This document shows, piece by piece, positions 27,650 to 41,780 of a stretch of DNA of 64,000 nucleotides. The notes below the pieces were generated by a model. It was not told the origin of the DNA. It ran no database searches and was given only the letters and a program-made list of their open reading frames with translations. This DNA is from Eledone cirrhosa (taxonomy: Eukaryota). Within the stretch, counting starts at the first letter, position 1; every line of letters begins with the position of its first letter. The DNA is taken from NCBI GenBank assembly GCA_964016885.1, contig OZ024745.1, positions 3,162,001 through 3,226,000 of the forward strand, in the 5' to 3' direction. The position numbers were made by a program, and so were the translations under genes.

Positions 27650-28253
27650 TTAAGAGAAATATAGAGAGAGAGACTGAGCATAAGAGGAATCAAATGCTGC
27701 GTGCAGGAGAGGCGGTTACGCTGGTATGGACATGTGATGCGTATGAAGGATGACAGCTGCATAAAAAGGTGCAGAGCACTAGAAGTTGATGGAAACCGCG
27801 GAGTGGGGAGACCCAAGATGACTTGGGATGAGGTGATAAGAGCCGACCTTACCCAACTACACCTCTCAAAGTCAATGACACACGACCGTGACTTCTGGCG
27901 TCACGCAGTAATACAGGGTACCCGACCTCCCATGGGTACATGCTGAAGCATATAAACAATATGCCCCCCCCCCCCCCCCCCGCAAGGTGGTCGTGGAGGT
28001 GCCACGGCAAAAAAGCACCCAGCCCACACTGTAAAGTGGACGTGTAGGCGCCACGAAAAAGCACCCAGCACTCACTGTAAATGAGGTTGGTGTTAGGAAG
28101 GGCATCCAGCTGTAGAAATCAAGCCAGATCAGTTCCTGTATGAGCAAGGCATGGTCAGCCGACCAGACACTGCCCACAACAGGACAACCCGTCTAACCCA
28201 TGCTAGCGTGGAAGAACGGACGTAAAACGGTGATGATGATGATGATGATGATA
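27650..28253 (+). mobile_element. RTE-clade LINE 3' end (C-terminal ORF remnant, 3' UTR and (GAT)n tail)
   Basis: RRLRWYGHVMRM...RGVGRPKMTWDEVIRADL...DRDFWR is the typical RTE C-terminus; the UTR has an internal duplication of aaaaagcacccag.cac.ctgtaaa. Confidence 0.88.
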
Positions 28254-28399
28254 ATGGACACCCAATGTAAATGGATTATGTATCTCAACCACCATTATTT
28301 TAATAACTGTTTTACCATGTTTTCACTGCTGGTTTTTCTCTACCACTGCATGTTAATCATCACAGTCCATTGTCATCTCCTTTATGTAGTTCATCATAT

Positions 28400-28680
28400 C
28401 AGTCTCTACCAATTGGTTTCCTGTCTTCTTAGCTCCTTCCCTTCCACAAATTCCATCCATTTCAAGCACATAGCACTTTTTTTTAAAAACTATAACATCA
28501 TCACATCTCCATACCTGCATGGTCTTCTCTTTTACACACTACATCAGATTCTTCTTCTATCCTCTTTTTCTCTCAGCTTATTTGTGTTCCATTACACATC
28601 CCACATCTCTTTCCAGCTTTTGCTAATCTTCAGCGTTCTAGGCTCATGTTTTGCTACAGTGCAGCACCACATTGCATACA
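28400..28680 (-). mobile_element. Highly degenerate RTE fragment
   Basis: Minus strand reads YGACV..NVVLHCSKT*A*NAED*QKLERD, resembling the RTE ...LHGSETW...KLE motif, with stops. Confidence 0.5.
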
Positions 28681-28812
28681 TACACAAGCACCATACTATA
28701 CACTTCACTCTAAGAAAGAAACAATAAATGTTTAGCAGCTTGTTATTCATTGAGAATATACTTTCTATTAATGATGTAGTTTTTAATTTTATTTTTAATA
28801 TATCATTATCAT

Positions 28813-28970
28813 ACTGTATGTCTATATCTATATAATATGAATTATATTTCAAAACTGTATGTCTATATCTATATTATATTTCAAAACTGTATGTCTATAT
28901 CTATATTATATTTCAAAACTGTATGCCTATATATCTATATTATATTTCAAAACTATATCTATATATTTAT
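28813..28970. repeat. ~32-bp tandem repeat abutting the exon 2 acceptor
   Basis: aaaact recurs at 28851, 28883, 28915 and 28949; unit tatatttcaaaactgtatgtctatatctatat. Confidence 0.9.
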
Positions 28971-28972
28971 AG

Positions 28973-29179
28973 CACTAAACTTGGAACAGAGGAAAAGAAA
29001 GTTGTTAGTAATGAAGAAAAACGACCACTGGCATTGGTAGCACTGACACCTATCAGAAAGGCACCCACTAATTCAAGCTCAAGTATCAAGGTGGATGACA
29101 CCAAACAGCCTATTTCATTAGCAAAATCGTCTACAGGATCTTCATCTCTGTTATCTTGTGATCCACCACCTGAGAAAAA
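28973..29179 (+). CDS. GATAD2A: p66/GATAD2 coding exon 2 (207 nt, phase 2-2)
   Basis: Acceptor tttatag at 28971-72; frame (S)TKLGTEEKK...CDPPPEK; donor AA|gtaaga at 29180; in frame with both neighbouring exons. Confidence 0.8.
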
Positions 29180-30701
29180 GTAAGACTTTCATTTGTATAT
29201 ATCATAAATACACTTGTCATGTAGACAGACCTATTTGGAAATTCTATATTTTGGTTTTAGGATTACTTCCAATGAATTCAATTTTATGTTAGAGGTTAGC
29301 AAAATATGATTTTTATAGATGAACTAGATTGGTCTCTGGTCTCTCAGATAGGGTACTAAGTTTGATAGAATCCCTTCAGATATTCTACAGACTGAAATAC
29401 CAAATAACCTTATTGTTGTAGACAGGTTAGTTATTGAAAGTGTGTCTAAAATTTGTTAGTTTTATGATTAATTCTGTTAGCAATAATGTTTGAGAAACTT
29501 CCAAGTTAACAAAGTTGTGAAGATTATCCTAGCTGTGTTAACATGAAGTTTCCCTTTTGAAGGACCCTGATAGTAATAGCTAGATCTATGTATGGACCCA
29601 TAACTACTGGTGAAGTCATAAAGGTGTTGTACTAACATATTTGAGCATTTTAAACCTGGTGGAACCCATCCCTCTCTTCATCTGAACACAATTTGTTGTG
29701 TTTATCATCATCATCATTGTTTTTATGTCAACTTTTCCATGCAGGCATGGTTTGGACGGGACTTGGGACGCTGTTTTACAACTGGATGCCTTCCTGACAC
29801 CAACCTTCTAGTTGTTTCTTATAAACACATATGGTGTACTTATTCTAAACCAAATACAAACAGTTACATGTTTATATTTATCTAAAAACCTTCCATCATA
29901 ATATTATATAAGAACCTTTACTCCAACTCTATGAAAAAGGTATATAACTAAATCTTTCCAAATTTTTGATTATTTTCAAAATTATTTGACAAATATAGGC
30001 AGTATGTTTCATTAGAAATATGGCAATGAAAGTCTTAAGCCTGAGTAAGTTTTTTTAGCATAGTTGGCTTAATTGCAAGAATTGTTAAAAGAAAACTAGG
30101 TATGATTGCAAATTAATCACCAGGTAGATACATTTTGCTGCTTGTGGTGGGAAATATTGTTTAATTTGTCAGAAGTCTCTTCCAGACTAACATTTTACTG
30201 AGTTTAGTGTATAGGAAAGAGAAATAGGATATCAAATATTATATAAATTGTGCATCACAGAATACTTGACCATAGTACTGGTACCTTTAGTATAATTGGG
30301 AATAGCATCACAACTTGTAGTCTTGAGTCAGTGGTGTAAGAAGTTTTCAGAGTACAAACTATTCACTCTAATCTAAGTAGTATATCTCAACTGTGCTCCC
30401 ATGGAGAAAATGACAGCCAGCAACAGACTCTGCATCAGCCACACCACCTCACAGGGCTCCTTGCTCAGGCAAGATGCACTCCTCCCTATTTTTCAGAAGC
30501 AAATGGCAGTTTAGGGATTGGCAACACCAGAGGTCTTGATGGCAACTGGCATGAAAAAGGAAGGAGTCACTCAAATCCCAGTTTTTGGAAATTGTTTGGC
30601 AGCAGTGCCTGGATTGTGGCCAAAGTGACAATTGGAGGCAGTGAACGTGTCACAGCACGTGACATCTTAAATTAAAAATTTATTGCTCTTGAACAGGGAA
30701 G

Positions 30702-31250
30702 AGGGTTATCCCAGCTGGCTGTATCAGTACAGTTGAGGTTGGCAGAGTTATCCCAGCTGGCTGTATCAGTACAGTTGAGGTTGGCAGGGTTATCCCAGCT
30801 GGCTGTATCAGTACAGTTGAGGTTGGCAGAGTTATCCCAGCTGGCTGTATCAGTACAGTTGAGGTTGGCAGGGTTATCCCAGCTGGCTGTATCAGTACAG
30901 TTGAGGTTGGCAGAGTTATCCCAGCTGGCTGTATCAGTACAGTTGAGGTTGGCAGGGTTATCCCAGCTGGCTGTATCAGTACAGTTGAGGTTGGCAGGGT
31001 TATCCCAGCTGGCTGTATCAGTACAGTTGAGGTTGGCAGGGTTATCCCAGCTGGCTGTATCAGTACAGTTGAGGTTGGCAGAGTTATCCCAGCTGGCTGT
31101 ATCAGTACAGTTGAGGTTGGCAGGGTTATCCCAGCTGGCTGTATCAGTACAGTTGAGGTTGGCAGGGTTATCCCAGCTGGCTGTATCAGTACAGTTGAGG
31201 TTGGCAGGGTTATCCCAGCTGGCTGTATCAGTACAGTTGAGGTTGGTAGG
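30702..31250. repeat. 42-bp minisatellite, 13 copies
   Basis: Unit gtatcagtacagttgaggttggcag(a/g)gttatcccagctggct. Confidence 0.97.
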
Positions 31251-32638
31251 CTCAATTTGGGGTGAGAAATCGCTGGGAAAATTGTTTTAAAGTGCAAGTC
31301 TGGAAACGTTAATAATTCTATTGTAATCATATTTCTGGTGAAGTACATTGTTTCAGTTAATTTTGGAAATAATCAAGAATCTGGAGGTCTTTTACAAAGT
31401 AGCTGAAGTTTGGAACACAAAAGAAAAGTTCTTTCATGAACTTATGATGATTTATTACAAATATAATACTGTGTATATCTGGCTTAGATACACCATATCC
31501 ATGTATGTTGTAAGAGATGATTAAAAGGGTTGGTGTTTGGGAAGGGTATCTGGTTGTAAAACATTGCTTCAAAAAGTCCTGCCCAACCCATGCTAAGATG
31601 GGAAAGTCGACAAAAAGCGATGATGATTAACCATTTTAAAACTCAGTTTTATACAGCAGAAGTAGATGAAGTATGAAGGGGGTTGGCACGAAAGGGTTAA
31701 TCTTTTTTTTTATATACTAAAATGTATTTGGGGGGGGGGGGGGGGGGGTAAGATTATTATTATTAAATTCCATTATGTTTGGATTAAAATAAAACGAAGT
31801 ATCTGTCTGACCAGACATTCTTGATAATAAACTGAGTACAGTTACATATACAACTTTAAACCATGGAATTTGTGGTAGCATTAATTTTCTTTTTAATAAT
31901 TGTATGGATGTGATTCAGAATTTGACCTAGTTTTTTGTAAATAAATAAATTCGACCTTGAGTTTAATGGATTTTAACAATGCAAATGCTATTAATGTTTT
32001 TAGTGATGTGAAGAAAAAAAAAAAAAAATTCAAATTTTCCAGATAATTGCAGTGGGTTTTTAGCTAAACATATATTCTTTAGTGAATTTGGGAAGAGGTA
32101 CATTAAATACCTTAGGTTAGCAAATTCGTGCAATGTCTGCTACTTAAATCACAAGTATGTCCCAGAAAATAACTTGGATATATTTATTCTCTTGCTATAA
32201 GATTTTCAAGTGTTATTAAATTGTCCTAAAAACAATTTAACAGGCTGTGTATAGAGGTAAATTGTCCAAGATAATCTGGATTGTGGCTCCATCTATATAT
32301 ATTTTTCAGTGTCACATTGATAAAGTTAACAGAATGTTTTCATTTTAAATCATTTAAAAGGAATGAAATATCATTCACTGTCTGAAGCTTTACAGATTTA
32401 TTTTTACAATACATTTCAGCTGAAGAATTTGTTTTGTTAATTAGCTTTTAAAAAATATACAGAATTGGTGTTCTAATTTGTTGGTCTCAGGTTTTGTACA
32501 CTTCGTTATTTGTTGCAAGAATTTGATTAGAAATTATTATCTAATTTACAAACTTTCAATGATTTTATTAGGAAAAACTTTCAAAATTATTCTCTCTTTT
32601 ACTTCAATTGTTTGATTATATTTTGAGATGATTCTTAA

Positions 32639-32996
32639 CCCTTTCATTACTATATTTCTAATATATAAGTTTCCTATGTTTCAAAGTGGTCGTGTACTCA
32701 CTGTAAATGTGGTTGGTGTTAGGAAGGACATTCAGCCGTAGAAACCAAACCCAAATCAGTCCTATATGAGCAAGACATGGTTGCTTGACCTGGCATTTCT
32801 CACAACAGGACAACCCGTCTAACCCATGCTAGTTTGGAAAATGGGCATTAAATGATGATGATGATAAATATTTGAAGGGACCGTTGTAAAATATTGGTGT
32901 TGAGCAGTTGAACTCTCACAGTATCATTCATATTTATAAGATTTTGATAGAGAATCTAACTAAATATAAACACTAGTACAGTTGGTATAAAAAGGG
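32639..32996. mobile_element. piggyBac-like MITE family P2 with TTAA at both ends, interrupted by an RTE/SINE tail (~32682-32867)
   Basis: TTAA-CCCTTTCATTACTATATTTC ... GTTGGTATAAAAAGGG-TTAA; internal ggtgttaggaagg...(gat)n. Confidence 0.7.
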
Positions 32997-33009
32997 TTAA
33001 ATTAATTTG

Positions 33010-33383
33010 TTAACCATCTTGCCAACAACAACCCTGAGTACCTTTTTGATTTCCATGTGTCTAACCCATGTGGGCATGCCCATAAAGTCAGAAAACAGTA
33101 CAGTTCTCATGACTTTCGGAAACATTTTTTCACGCTCAGAGTTGCTGAAGCATGGAACAAACTCCCAGCATCAGTTGTTAGCTGTCGAGACACTGCATCC
33201 TTCAAAACCTCCATGCTTCCCGAGATTCGCCAACACTATACCTAATGTTCCCTCTCCATACACATACACACATGTATATCATGACTCATACACTATTCAC
33301 TTCCCTGACATTTGTGTATTATTCTATGTACCATACATGCACTACAACCTGAGCACTTTACACAATAATTTCATTATTATTAT
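33010..33383 (+). mobile_element. CR1-clade LINE 3' end
   Basis: CGHAHKVRK...RKHFFTLRVAEAWNKLPASVV...FK matches the CR1 C-terminal motif; tail cattattatta. Confidence 0.85.
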
Positions 33384-33388
33384 AGATG

Positions 33389-33580
33389 TGGTGGATTGGC
33401 AGTATTGGTAGGTGGTCGGACGCCATGCTTTGACGTATAGAGTTACGGCCCTTGCCATTGTGAGTTCAAATCCCGCCAAGGTTAACTTTGCCTTTCATCC
33501 TTACGGGGTCGATAAAATAAAGTACCAGTAATGAACTGGGTAATTGCTGGCCTTGTGCCTAACGTAGAAACAATTATTAT
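33389..33580 (+). mobile_element. Family A SINE
   Basis: Full-length, near-consensus copy. Confidence 0.85.
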
Positions 33581-33693
33581 TTATTTTAATTAAATAAATG
33601 ACAGCTTTGATAGATATCCTTGTTCTAATCAGAATCTAGGATTGATTTTAGTAAAATATAAGAAATTCGTTGTTTTTAAAATACCAGCATTAA

Positions 33694-35412
<1,719 letters not shown>

Positions 35413-35432
35413 ACAAACACACACATACACAC

Positions 35433-35479
<47 letters not shown>

Positions 35480-35596
35480 ATAGTAATATTACACAAATAA
35501 AAAACAATATGATTGGCTCACAAAGCAGGCAAGCATTTACGTCTTATCTCTTACTCTTTCTCTCTTTATTTTTGTATTCCTCCCTCTGTATGTTCT

Positions 35597-35625
35597 TTAT
35601 ATATATACATACACATATATGTATG

Positions 35626-35664
<39 letters not shown>

Positions 35665-35677
35665 GTATGTATGTATG

Positions 35678-35741
<64 letters not shown>

Positions 35742-35856
35742 CACACGTATGTATATATATATATATACATACACACGTATGTATATATATATATATATAC
35801 ACACACATGTATGTATATGTATATATATATACACATACGTATGTATGTATATATAT
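35597..35856. repeat. Compound (TA)n/(CA)/(TATG) microsatellite in the 3' UTR (another at 35417-35473)
   Basis: Direct reading. Confidence 0.95.
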
Positions 35857-38608
35857 TCAGAACAGGCAAAATAAGATAAAATTTAAATAAATGGGGCATA
35901 TTAACCAAAATTTAGACAATCAATAAAAGAAATGCTAATATTTGTTGTGCCAATTAACCAAAAGAATAAGTTGTTAAAAGTAAGATTTAAACTAAATTAG
36001 AAGAATTGTCATTTCAATAGATTTAAAGAAAAATGTACATACACAAACACACATATACAGATATATGCATATATTCACTTTTCTCTGTACACATGTGTAC
36101 TGGGTATACAGAATGATGCTTGTGCCAACTGGGAACTTTAATAAAAAGAAAAATACACTTTGTTGCTGAAAATTTGTATTTGCATGTGTGGGTGTGTTTA
36201 TGAGTGTATATGTGTGTTCCAGGAGCCTCTCTGTACCAGGAAACTATTTCACATTCCTGTAGAACATCTAAACTTATAGAGTAGCTTCAGAATTATATTG
36301 GTTTGGGATTTCAAATGTAAAAATCCTAATTCAGCAACAATCAAGCAAATGTTTGCTTTACATTAGAATTATTTCTTAGTAACTAAAGAGACACCCCCAC
36401 CTCCCACCTTTCTGTCACTTTTGTCTTTGTTATTTATGAACCTTTTGTATCTTCCTTTTGTACATTATTCCCTCACCCTACTCCTCCGCCTTTTGCAATT
36501 CATCTTGGAATCCTTTATTCTATATCATTAGATGGCTTTGGGGAAGGGTGGAATTTGTATAAGCTCTATTAATAGTGGCTGGTGTAAGTTTGTGTTTGCA
36601 GAGTATTAAAGCTGGTATGTGTGTGTGTGTGCATGTGCACTTATCTCGTAAAAATATATATATTTAAGTTTTGAACAATTGAACTGTTTTATTTTTCTTG
36701 TTACCTTTAATTATACACATTGGATTTTGTGCCCCTGCGTTGAAGTGTAATTTGTCGATAATTTGACCCTGAGAGGATATGGCTTTACTATTCTATATAA
36801 CTAGAAAACTAGATTTTAGTTTGTAAAGCAGCCAACATATTTCCAATGTGAAAACACTGTAGCTTCTCATCATTGTTGAGTTTCTTTCCTTGCCCCAACA
36901 ATTTTAGTTTTACAGTGTAAGTTATAAGTTAAATAGATTTTCCATATTTGGACATTTGCATGTTGATGCAAGTGTATTTTATAAAACTAGATGCCTGTCT
37001 TATTAACCATTCAACTGTGTACCGGCACATGGTTTTCAGCCAGGCAAAGTAGTATAAGTTAATGTTAGGACACAGCCCTGAATAACCATGTGGTCAGTAG
37101 TGTTTCCTGCAAATATTGGGAGAAAATGCAACAAATATGTATTGGCTGTTGGTTTTCTATTTGATTTTACTATCCAGACTTTAGCTGTCGTATAGTTCAA
37201 ATGTAACATTGCAAAAATGAGCAGTGTTAATTAAAATGATTCCAACGAACCACAACAGACTTTAGGTTTGGAATACATATCTTTAGTCAGTTTTTTTTAT
37301 ATTGGAAGAAACTTGAAAATGACACCATACTGCTAATATTGTGTATCCATTAGAAACTTTCACTAGCATTGCATTGTCTTTAAGATTGCTTTGGGAACAA
37401 ATTTACCAGGCTGGACATTTTAAGAATGTCTTGTGTCAAATGATATAGTTCCATTTCTTTCTCCAAGTGTAAGGTTCTGAGATTAAAACAATACAAAAAA
37501 ATAATAATGAATAATTAAAAAAAAACAAAAAACATCTACAGACATATCAAACTATAGCAGCTGTCATATTTGAAGTGATATTCTTTTAATATTATGTTAT
37601 TATATATAATATTTATGGCTTTGAGGTAGTATGAAATATACAATATTGACTTGCATTATTAAGTTATATAAGAAGTTCTTGTTTATTTCTTAAATTTCAT
37701 TTCATATACTGCCAATACTTGACTCTCTGTAAGTGTTAGTACTGCACAAACAACATCTTTTATCTGTCTTCAGTTAAGTACTTCAAGAATAGCTTCTCTT
37801 TTTTAAACAAATATGTAAATATAGTTCACTTCTGCAACAGATGAAATATACTTTTTGTTTTTCTTCTTCATGTGCTACACACTGTGGTAATTAGGTTGTT
37901 TTGTTTTAATTAGCTTAGATATAATTTTCTCCCATGAAATCGCTTGAGCCCCTAAAATGAAGTAGGGGGGACCCACAAAAATAATTGTTCTTAAGTTCAT
38001 CTCTTCTCCACTTACCAGAGGCACAAAAAGAAAAAAAAACAATCCTTACAGTTATGCATGATATACATATAATATATACCTGAGCAAAGGAAGGACTTAT
38101 TTGTCCCTTTTTGACATGGTAAGCAGAAATAACTTTATGTCATGCTCACAGACACCTTTTTTTTTTTTTTTTAAACCAAATTTTAGCTTAAATATTTCCA
38201 TGAAGCACAGGTCTTTGTTTTAACTGACTGTGGATATCTTGGCTGGTGGCACTGGACTTTTCACTCCATGTCTTTATCTTTGAAATGTCTACTTTGTCTA
38301 ATCAGATTCATACATAGCCTGTAGATTGTCAAACTGAAGAAAAAAAATTGTGAAGTTTTTCTCATTCTTTTATTTCATGTAGTTTTTTTTTTCTTTGACA
38401 ACTATGGGTGGAAGAGAAAAACAAAAAAGTTGCTTTTTTTTTCCCCGTTCAAAAAAAAAAAAAGAAGAAAGAAAAGAAAAAAAAAAATTTCTCTCTCCAA
38501 CAGTAATCATCATCATCATCATCATCGTCTTGTTAGATATGAAAGAAAACTTTATGAAGAAAAATGGGAGACGAAAAGAAAATGATTGAATAATTTTAAA
38601 AATGTTAA

Positions 38609-38614
38609 AATAAA
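38609..38614 (+). promoter_or_regulatory. Candidate polyadenylation signal
   Basis: AATAAA with a T-rich element about 30 nt downstream, at the end of the TE-free region. Confidence 0.4.
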
Positions 38615-38761
38615 AACTGAAAAAGTAAAAACGAAAATTGATTTTTTTTTTCCTTTCATCTTTCTTTCCAACAACCAGGTAAATTGTAGCTAATTTGAGA
38701 TATTTTAAAACAGTTTCTCTCTCTCTTCTTTTAAAAATTATAATTGCCGCCCTTCACCTCC

Positions 38762-38855
38762 ACCCAAGACCCTGTGTCCCTCTTCCCCCTTCGCCCAGAG
38801 ACCTGCTGTCTCCCCTCCTCCCCTTCACCCAGAGACCTGCTCTCTCCCCCTCCTC
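38762..38855. repeat. Short C-rich tandem repeat (~35 bp, about 2.5 copies)
   Basis: cccagagacctgct...ctcccctcctc repeated. Confidence 0.7.
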
Positions 38856-39245
38856 ACATTTTACCATTTATGTCTATCTCACCTTTACATGTGGACATCA
38901 CATGGCAATATGTAAGTACCATTAGATTCTACCTCCACCGAAGTAACTTCCTAAGGTGCTGTACCAATGTAATTTCACCTGTAAATAATGTCAAACGGCA
39001 ATTACTATTTTATATTTCACTTGCTAGGTTTTGGAGGTTTGTTTTAGCGGTTTTAATTATCTGCTGCGACTTATAATTGTTCAAACTTGTCTGTTTGTAA
39101 AAAAATGTTTAAATAAGATGTGTATTGGGTGAGATTATGTTGGTGAAATCTAAAGTTGTGTAAATGATTGGTTGAAAGTATACACACAGACTCCGTTGCA
39201 TCCACGTGGTAGAAATAAAGTTTAGGTGACGAGAAAATTAAATTT

Positions 39246-39397
39246 ATAATAATAATAATAATGAAATTATTGTGTAAAGTGCTCAGGTGCACTACAACTC
39301 GTCAAAGGTGCATACACAAATGTCAGGGAAGTGAATAGTGTACGAGTCATGATATACATGTATGTATGTGTATGGAAGGGGAACATTAGGTGTAGTT
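39246..39397 (-). mobile_element. CR1 3' UTR fragment, inverted relative to 33235-33383
   Basis: aatgaaattattgtgtaaagtgctcagg...aaatgtcagggaagtgaatagtgta...gaacattagg. Confidence 0.8.
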
Positions 39398-39499
39398 TAC
39401 ACATTTTCTAAAGGTAATAACGACGTGGTTGAAGTGGAAATACTAGTAAAGACTGAAGTTAAATCTGGTGTTTGCTCATTTTATTTTATTTTATTTTAC

Positions 39500-39865
39500 T
39501 CTTCTTGAGAGGGTCGTGGGGACAGAGTCCTCAAACACTCCTTCCAGCGGGTCCTATCAAAAGCAACTGATCTGGCTGGATCCCCAAGCGAAACCAGCCA
39601 AGCTCATGGATGTTATCCCACCATCTTGCTCGGAGTCTACCCTGGGTCTCCTGCCAGATGATTTTGCCCGTAAAATCTGTCCTGAGACATTCTAACCACA
39701 TGCCCATAGTATCAGAGAAGTAACGGCTCTACCTGGAGTGACTCATTTCCGAGCTATGCATGTTATCGAGTAATCCTTCAGAGGAACTCTATTTCGGCCG
39801 CTTGTATTCGCGATCGTATTCTTTAGGTCATTACCCAAGATTCATGGCCATAGGTAAGGGTTGAA
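39500..39865 (-). mobile_element. RTE-clade (Rex3/Expander-like) LINE 3' fragment
   Basis: Minus strand reads STLTYGHESWVMT*RIRSRIQAAEIEFL...YYGHVVRM. Confidence 0.75.
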
Positions 39866-40365
39866 GATAGCTAGTTTGGCTTTTGCACCTACCTCCCTTC
39901 TTCTCATTACAGAATGCTGAAGTTGGCGTATTGCTGCACGAGCTCCTGCAATTTTTACACTTAATTCACTGTACCCTCCTACTTTTCTATGGTGTACCTT
40001 GAGATTTAGAACAGAAAGAAATTACGGTCGTGTGTTTATTGCGAATATCCTGAGGGTTGGGGACGGACTCCAGGGAGTTTATTAATGTTTTATAGTCAAT
40101 AATTTGCAGTATTTAGTTTAAGTCCTTTCATGAAACCAAGCGAAGATATTTCTATTTTCTCTTGAGTCAAGAAAATTTGAAGTTCTTAATAAAAAACACG
40201 GTAGATATCAGCAACTTATACAGTGGTTATCTCCATTAAAACGATAGTGTTGGTGGGATACTCTGCTGTGAACCCCAAGTACTCTACTATATTGGCGTTA
40301 CTACCATCTGTAATCGCTACTTTATTCTTTCCCACCAAAATGTAAATGAAGTGTTTCTACCTCTA

Positions 40366-40600
40366 TAGCCGAGTGGTAAAGAGGTTCAATCCCACCACTT
40401 GGCATCTTGGACAAGTGTCGTGGGTGGATTGTGAAGGAAATAGATTTGACTACCTGTAAACGACCAGTCATGTCACCGCTCAGAATTATGGTTGCACGTG
40501 TCTCAGGAATGCTCAGCCACTTGCACGTTAATATAATGAGCAGTAGACTGTTCTGTTGATCGATCAAGTGGAACACTCGTTAAAACCGATGGAGGTCCAT
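40366..40600 (+). mobile_element. tRNA-derived SINE, family C (related copy at 50660-50950)
   Basis: A-box TAGCCGAGTGG, B-box GGTTCAATCCC; ggaatgctcagccactt.cac.ttaat...gttctgttgat shared with 50855-50905. Confidence 0.6.
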
Positions 40601-41559
40601 CGATTTTTTTTCTATCTCCAGTACTGTTTCGTGTCATTGATTTAGCGTTTTGTTTGCCGCACCTCATGCTTGTCAGCACATGTAACCACCTTTACAGGTT
40701 AACAATAGTGTCACACTTATGGCAACAGTTGTGCCTATATATACACACACACATCTGTGTGTTGCTTTGTTTCTGGGGTATTTACTGTATGTATTGAGGT
40801 GTTGTTAGGTTTAAATATAAACTTGTGGGGAAGTCTGAGCTTCGGAATAAAACACTCATTTCGTGTAACTTATTTTATTTTAAAAACTATTTCCATGTTT
40901 TAAACAGCGGAGATTACGATTCTGTAATAAATAATAAACTTAAATTTTCCAATTTCTTATATAAGCGGCTACAACTTTTATTTTCTGGGGAGGACAAGAT
41001 TGAAATGTGGTTTGAAGAAATTGGGAAGAGTGGTGAAGTGTCATAATATGAAGCAGGAATCCGAATGTTTTTTTAATGTGTAGAGACTCGTCCATTGTGG
41101 CTGGTGCTGCCATCATTCCAATATTACATAGGCTGAAATAGTCAAGATAACTTTTAAGGGTAGTTGAATTTAAAACTAGTTTAGTTGTAACTAAATATTA
41201 TGTTAGTGTGCAGTATAAGTTTTGTCCCTACAAAGAACATTAAATTTCGCTAGTGTATTTATTTTGTCGTTGAAACCTATAGCAGTTGAGACTTCTGGGG
41301 TTCTTGTATCCCTACCATCTCCCTCCTCACTGCAATCGGGGCAGAAGTTGACCACCCCGCCAAGTGGAATGGATATTTTAACATGTCTCCTTCGATAAGA
41401 TAACGTTTTCTCAATTTTGTCTGCTTGGGACCGCAATATGGCTTGTGTGTCGAACTCTGTACGCCAGGGAGCTTTCCCCCCACTCTGGGTTTATAGGTTG
41501 CTGATATCTACGGCATTTGTTGACACAAACACCTGAGAATAATACAAGGATATATTTAA

Positions 41560-41780
41560 CCCTTTAGCATTTACATTATTCTATATATACTATTGTATTT
41601 TTATGGTAAAGGCTTTATCTTACATGATTATCTCACATAATATCGAATCTACAAGATTTTGATGTTATTTATTTTAAGAACAATACCTTAACGTCAGTAT
41701 GAGCAGCCAGTTATGGGTAATTTGAACAGAAAGAGGTGAGAGAATTCTGGCCGGAAACGGCCGGTTTAAATGCTAAAGGG
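41560..41780. mobile_element. Intact piggyBac-like MITE family P1
   Basis: Perfect 14-bp [31 protein letters not shown] with TTAA at both ends (41556-59, 41781-84). Confidence 0.85.

Larger units (their letters stand above)
35413..38640 (+). other. Probable long 3' UTR of p66/GATAD2
   Basis: Follows the stop codon; about 3.2 kb with no recognisable SINE/LINE, unlike the introns; AATAAA at 38609-38614 followed by a U-rich tract at ~38642. Earlier AATAAA hexamers exist, so the end is tentative. Confidence 0.5.

Noticed and set aside
30680-31348. Mucin-like (LPTSTVLIQPAGIT)n ORF, or a cryptic exon 30697-31245
   Set aside because: A 42-bp repeat; spliced into p66 in phase 2 it would hit TGA in the first unit, and the splice sites are weak.
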